Shown: positions 61,319 through 64,000 of the stretch, piece after piece
Position numbering within the stretch: position 1 is the first letter of the stretch
Layout of the letters: every line of letters begins with the position of its first letter
The notes under the pieces: model-generated
The model's input: only the letters and a program-made list of their open reading frames with translations
Databases searched by the model: none
What the model was told of the DNA's origin: nothing
Position numbers and translations under genes: made by a program
Assembly (NCBI GenBank): GCA_963796455.1
Contig: CAWCLO010000004.1
Coordinates: 1,216,001 to 1,280,000, forward strand
DNA length: 64,000 nt
Source: Candidatus Sulfomarinibacteraceae bacterium
GTDB lineage: Bacteria; Acidobacteriota; Thermoanaerobaculia; Thermoanaerobaculales; Sulfomarinibacteraceae
Direction of reading: 5' to 3'

Positions 61319-61921
61319 CTAATTCCGAATTCCGAATTCCGAATTCTCTTTGAGCGCTTCGCTCAAAGACTCTGGCGTATTGCAGTTGGCAACCACACCC
61401 GGATCGTCGACTTCGAGATCGACCGCGACGATTTCCCGCAACACCTCTCGCATGGTCGGACCATTCAGATCGCCGGCCACAATCGAGGCCACGATCGATC
61501 GATCGATGACGATCGGATGCCCATGTTTTCCCCTGAAAGAGGCGATCACGGCTCCACCCTCGGCGGCGCCGAGCTTGCGAATCGTTTCGGCTTGAACAAG
61601 CGGGTGATCGACCGGCAGCACGGCCAGACGGTCCCAGTCCTCGCTCTGGACGAGAAAGCTCAACCCGACCCGAATCGACGCAAACATGTCGAGGCCGTGT
61701 TCGGGGAGCGGCAGCGCCTCGAGACCGTCGATAAAAGGGCCCTGTGATTCCGGCGGCAGAGTCGCAGCCACACGTACGGCTCCAGCCCCTTGAAGAGCGT
61801 CCGAACATGCCTGCAGAAAACTCCGCCCATCCGGCAACCCAGCCCAAGCCTTTGGCCCACCAAAGCGCTTGCCCTCGCCCCCGGCAAGGATCAAACCCGC
61901 AAGCTGAATCGAAGGATTCAT
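61319..61921 (-). CDS. Nucleotidyltransferase, MocA/MobA family (MocA-like)
   Basis: LILAGGEGKRFGGPKA, PVDHP, GKHGHP, NCNTP; last codons come from a GGAATTC array. Confidence 0.85.
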   Translation of the reverse strand: MNPSIQLAGLILAGGEGKRFGGPKAWAGLPDGRSFLQACSDALQGAGAVRVAATLPPESQGPFIDGLEALPLPEHGLDMFASIRVGLSFLVQSEDWDRLAVLPVDHPLVQAETIRKLGAAEGGAVIASFRGKHGHPIVIDRSIVASIVAGDLNGPTMREVLREIVAVDLEVDDPGVVANCNTPESLSEALKENSEFGIRN

Positions 61922-61957
61922 GGAGATACCGAAAGCAGAGGAGCAGAGGGGCCTACA

Positions 61958-62524
61958 GGCGGAGGAGCAGAGGGGCAGAGGAGCAGAGGAGCACAGGCTT
62001 CCGTCAGGATCTCGACATCCGGGTGGTCCAGCTTCACTTGTCGGCCCGATTTTTGATGGGAAGAATCCAAGGATCCGGATATGAGATCATTTTTACCAAC
62101 ATCTTCAGCACCTTCTCATACTCCAGTTTGAGCCGGGTTGCAGATTCCTTGTCGAGATATCCGCACTCCTCTGCAAATTGCACCCACGTTTGCGTCTCAG
62201 CCGCCTCAGCCTCTGCGTGATTTAACGAGTTCTGGAACGCTGCTCGGTACCGCCTCTTTCTCCAAGCTTCAGCAATATTTGCACACACCGATCGTGATGA
62301 CCTCCGAATCTGGTCGGTTAACGAGTATCGCTCCTCTCTCGGAAACGATTTCGACAAAACAAAAACCTCGTTCGCTAACCGGAAGGCCAACGCATAGGTT
62401 TCCAGCTGATCATGCCTCGCGATACCGGCCTTCATAGGGTCCGAAACCAGATTTACGTCATTGTTTTCAGGGTATTCGTCCAAAGCTCATCTCCTCTGCT
62501 CCTCTGCCCCTCCGCTCCTCCGCC
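61958..62524. mobile_element. Putative repeat-bounded cassette: 34-bp inverted repeats (61958-61991 / 62491-62524) enclosing a four-helix-bundle gene
   Basis: GGCGGAGGAGC(A/G)GAGGGGCAGAGGAGCAGAGGAG, 33/34 match; interior more AT-rich by eye; mobility not demonstrated and no target duplication seen. Confidence 0.55.
62034..62483 (-). CDS. Four helix bundle protein (23S rRNA IVS protein / Avd-like family)
   Basis: FPREERYSLTDQIRRSSRSVCANIAEA, AETQTW, CGY motifs; TTG 62483 sits 7 nt after AGAGGAG (alternative ATG 62435). Confidence 0.92.
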   Translation of the reverse strand: MDEYPENNDVNLVSDPMKAGIARHDQLETYALAFRLANEVFVLSKSFPREERYSLTDQIRRSSRSVCANIAEAWRKRRYRAAFQNSLNHAEAEAAETQTWVQFAEECGYLDKESATRLKLEYEKVLKMLVKMISYPDPWILPIKNRADK

Positions 62525-62543
62525 AGCCGAGGGTTCGTACCAT

Positions 62544-63311
62544 TTAACTCTTCCACAAACACACCCTGCGGACTCCGGTGATCTGGGACGTCACGGCTCC
62601 CTGTTCGACGGCGCGCACGACTCCGGCGGGGTCGTCGACCAGGGTGCCGCAGAGGACGTCGATCCCGAACTGGTGCAGCATCGGCGTCAGCGGCGTGCTC
62701 GGACCGAGCATCATCACGAATGCATCCGTGCGGACCCTGGCGAGGACCTCCGGCAGCGTCCGGTTGAGCAGCGTGGTGGCAGTGACGGCCACGACATCGG
62801 CCTCGGGCAGCAGCTCTGCCATGGCCTCGGCATCGAGGTCGTCGTCGCGCCGGTTGGCGCCGCGCTCGAAGACCCAGAGTTGGCCGCAACTCTCCGCCAA
62901 CCGGTCGGCAAAGGGAAACCGACCGACCATGGCCACGTTCTTGCCCTGTCCGTAGTCGCGAAGAATCTCGACGGCCTTGGCTTCGGTGAGACCCTGGGCG
63001 ATCGGACCGAGAACGGAGTTGGCGGCCGCAAGCCCGATGGCCGCTTCCGGAGGGGACTCCGAGCGGATGAGTCCCGCCAACTCGATGATCGGCAGCGCAT
63101 CCAGCGTCCCCGCCTTTCGAATCGGCTGCGAACCGTGGAGATGATCTTCCGAGCGCAGACTCGAGGCCATCCCTGCGCCCAGACTGGTCCGGACCACCGT
63201 CCAGTACGGCCCGACTCTGAGATCGAAGAGATCGGCCCGCGGCGCGGCGGCCACAGCATCGAGGATCACATCGGCAAAGATGCCGGAGGAGGAGAAGGAG
63301 TCGTTTTCCAT
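62544..63311 (-). CDS. DUF364 family (Rossmann-like) protein
   Basis: IGLAAANS, VAMVGRFP, LPEADVVAVTATTLLNRT, LGPSTP. Confidence 0.85.
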   Translation of the reverse strand: MENDSFSSSGIFADVILDAVAAAPRADLFDLRVGPYWTVVRTSLGAGMASSLRSEDHLHGSQPIRKAGTLDALPIIELAGLIRSESPPEAAIGLAAANSVLGPIAQGLTEAKAVEILRDYGQGKNVAMVGRFPFADRLAESCGQLWVFERGANRRDDDLDAEAMAELLPEADVVAVTATTLLNRTLPEVLARVRTDAFVMMLGPSTPLTPMLHQFGIDVLCGTLVDDPAGVVRAVEQGAVTSQITGVRRVCLWKS

Positions 63312-63401
63312 GCCGACCAGAGTACAATCACCACATGAATTCTCTCGATTGAAAATGCAAGAGCAATCCCGACCCCTTTTCTGGGTCGAACGGGAGGCAC
63401 C

Positions 63402-64000
63402 ATGGCAAAAAAACCCGATCCGACAACCGAAACGAAAAAAGGCGTCACCCGAAGAGGTTTCCTGAGTTCGGTCGGCGCCGGCGCGGCGGTCGTCGCCACC
63501 GGCGTCAGCAGCCGGGCGGAGGCGATTCCGGAGATCACCGATCCGGACGAGATGGTGCAGGTGGCCCTGAAGATCAATGGCCGCCTTCACCAGATCCTCG
63601 TCGAACCCCGCTGGACGCTGCTTTTTGTTCTGCGCGAACGGCTCGGCATCACCGGAACCAAGGCCGGATGCGAACGGGGCGAGTGCGGCAGTTGCACCGT
63701 CCTGATCGACGGGCTCCCTCGATATGCCTGTATGACTTTGACGGTCGAGGCCGAGGGCGGCGAGATCACGACCGTCGAGGGCTTGCTCGAAGGCGAAGAA
63801 CTGGGTGAGACCCAGAAGGCATTTGTCGAGGAAGACGCGTTCCAGTGTGGCTACTGCACGCCGGGTCAGATCATGGCGGCCGAGGGTCTGTTGCGCGCCA
63901 ATCCCTCCCCCACCCTGCACCAGATCCACCACGGCATGAGCGGCAATCTGTGCCGCTGCGGAGCTTACGCCCACATCACCAATGCGGTGGCCACGGCAGC
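63402..64000 (+). CDS. Molybdenum hydroxylase 2Fe-2S subunit with Tat signal (PaoA/CoxS-like), 3' truncated by window; absent from ORF track
   Basis: Hand translation: TRRGFL, GTKAGCERGECGSCTVL, ACMTL, QCGYCTPG, GNLCRC; GGAGG SD. Confidence 0.92.
   Translation, partial: MAKKPDPTTETKKGVTRRGFLSSVGAGAAVVATGVSSRAEAIPEITDPDEMVQVALKINGRLHQILVEPRWTLLFVLRERLGITGTKAGCERGECGSCTVLIDGLPRYACMTLTVEAEGGEITTVEGLLEGEELGETQKAFVEEDAFQCGYCTPGQIMAAEGLLRANPSPTLHQIHHGMSGNLCRCGAYAHITNAVATA

Noticed and set aside
62034..62483. Diversity-generating retroelement (Avd-like gene)
   Set aside because: No reverse transcriptase and no TR/VR pair with adenine-specific mismatches seen in the window.

Overview
High-GC bacterial chromosomal window. 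It is probably Acidobacteriota (Thermoanaerobaculia-like); this is inferred from gene style and a C-terminal IFSDGFE motif and is not verified. It holds about 55 genes. These include a wzm/wzt plus five-glycosyltransferase glycan locus, peptide catabolism genes (dppDF-like, M20, M24, M14, fused 5-oxoprolinase with NRAMP and DUF2891), RNA-modification and housekeeping genes, and tRNA-Gly(CCC). Also present are an orphan lasso-type B2/PqqD pair with an ABC exporter, an archaeal-type HMG-CoA synthase/thiolase/DUF35 triad, a DUF3592/beta-sandwich/ATPase operon, tonB-exbB-exbD, gor, and the start of a molybdenum-hydroxylase locus. The most striking feature is non-coding. About a dozen intergenic gaps carry 6-9-mer tandem arrays, usually as inward-facing G-rich/C-rich arms, nested with REP-like palindromes and 200-300 bp duplicated modules. 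One pair of arms, a 34-bp inverted repeat (33/34 match), encloses a four-helix-bundle (23S-IVS/Avd-like) gene. This suggests a 'full' copy of a repeat-bounded element whose 'empty' relatives populate the window. No transposase, integrase, reverse transcriptase or CRISPR array is visible. All family calls are from motif recognition by eye, not database searches.
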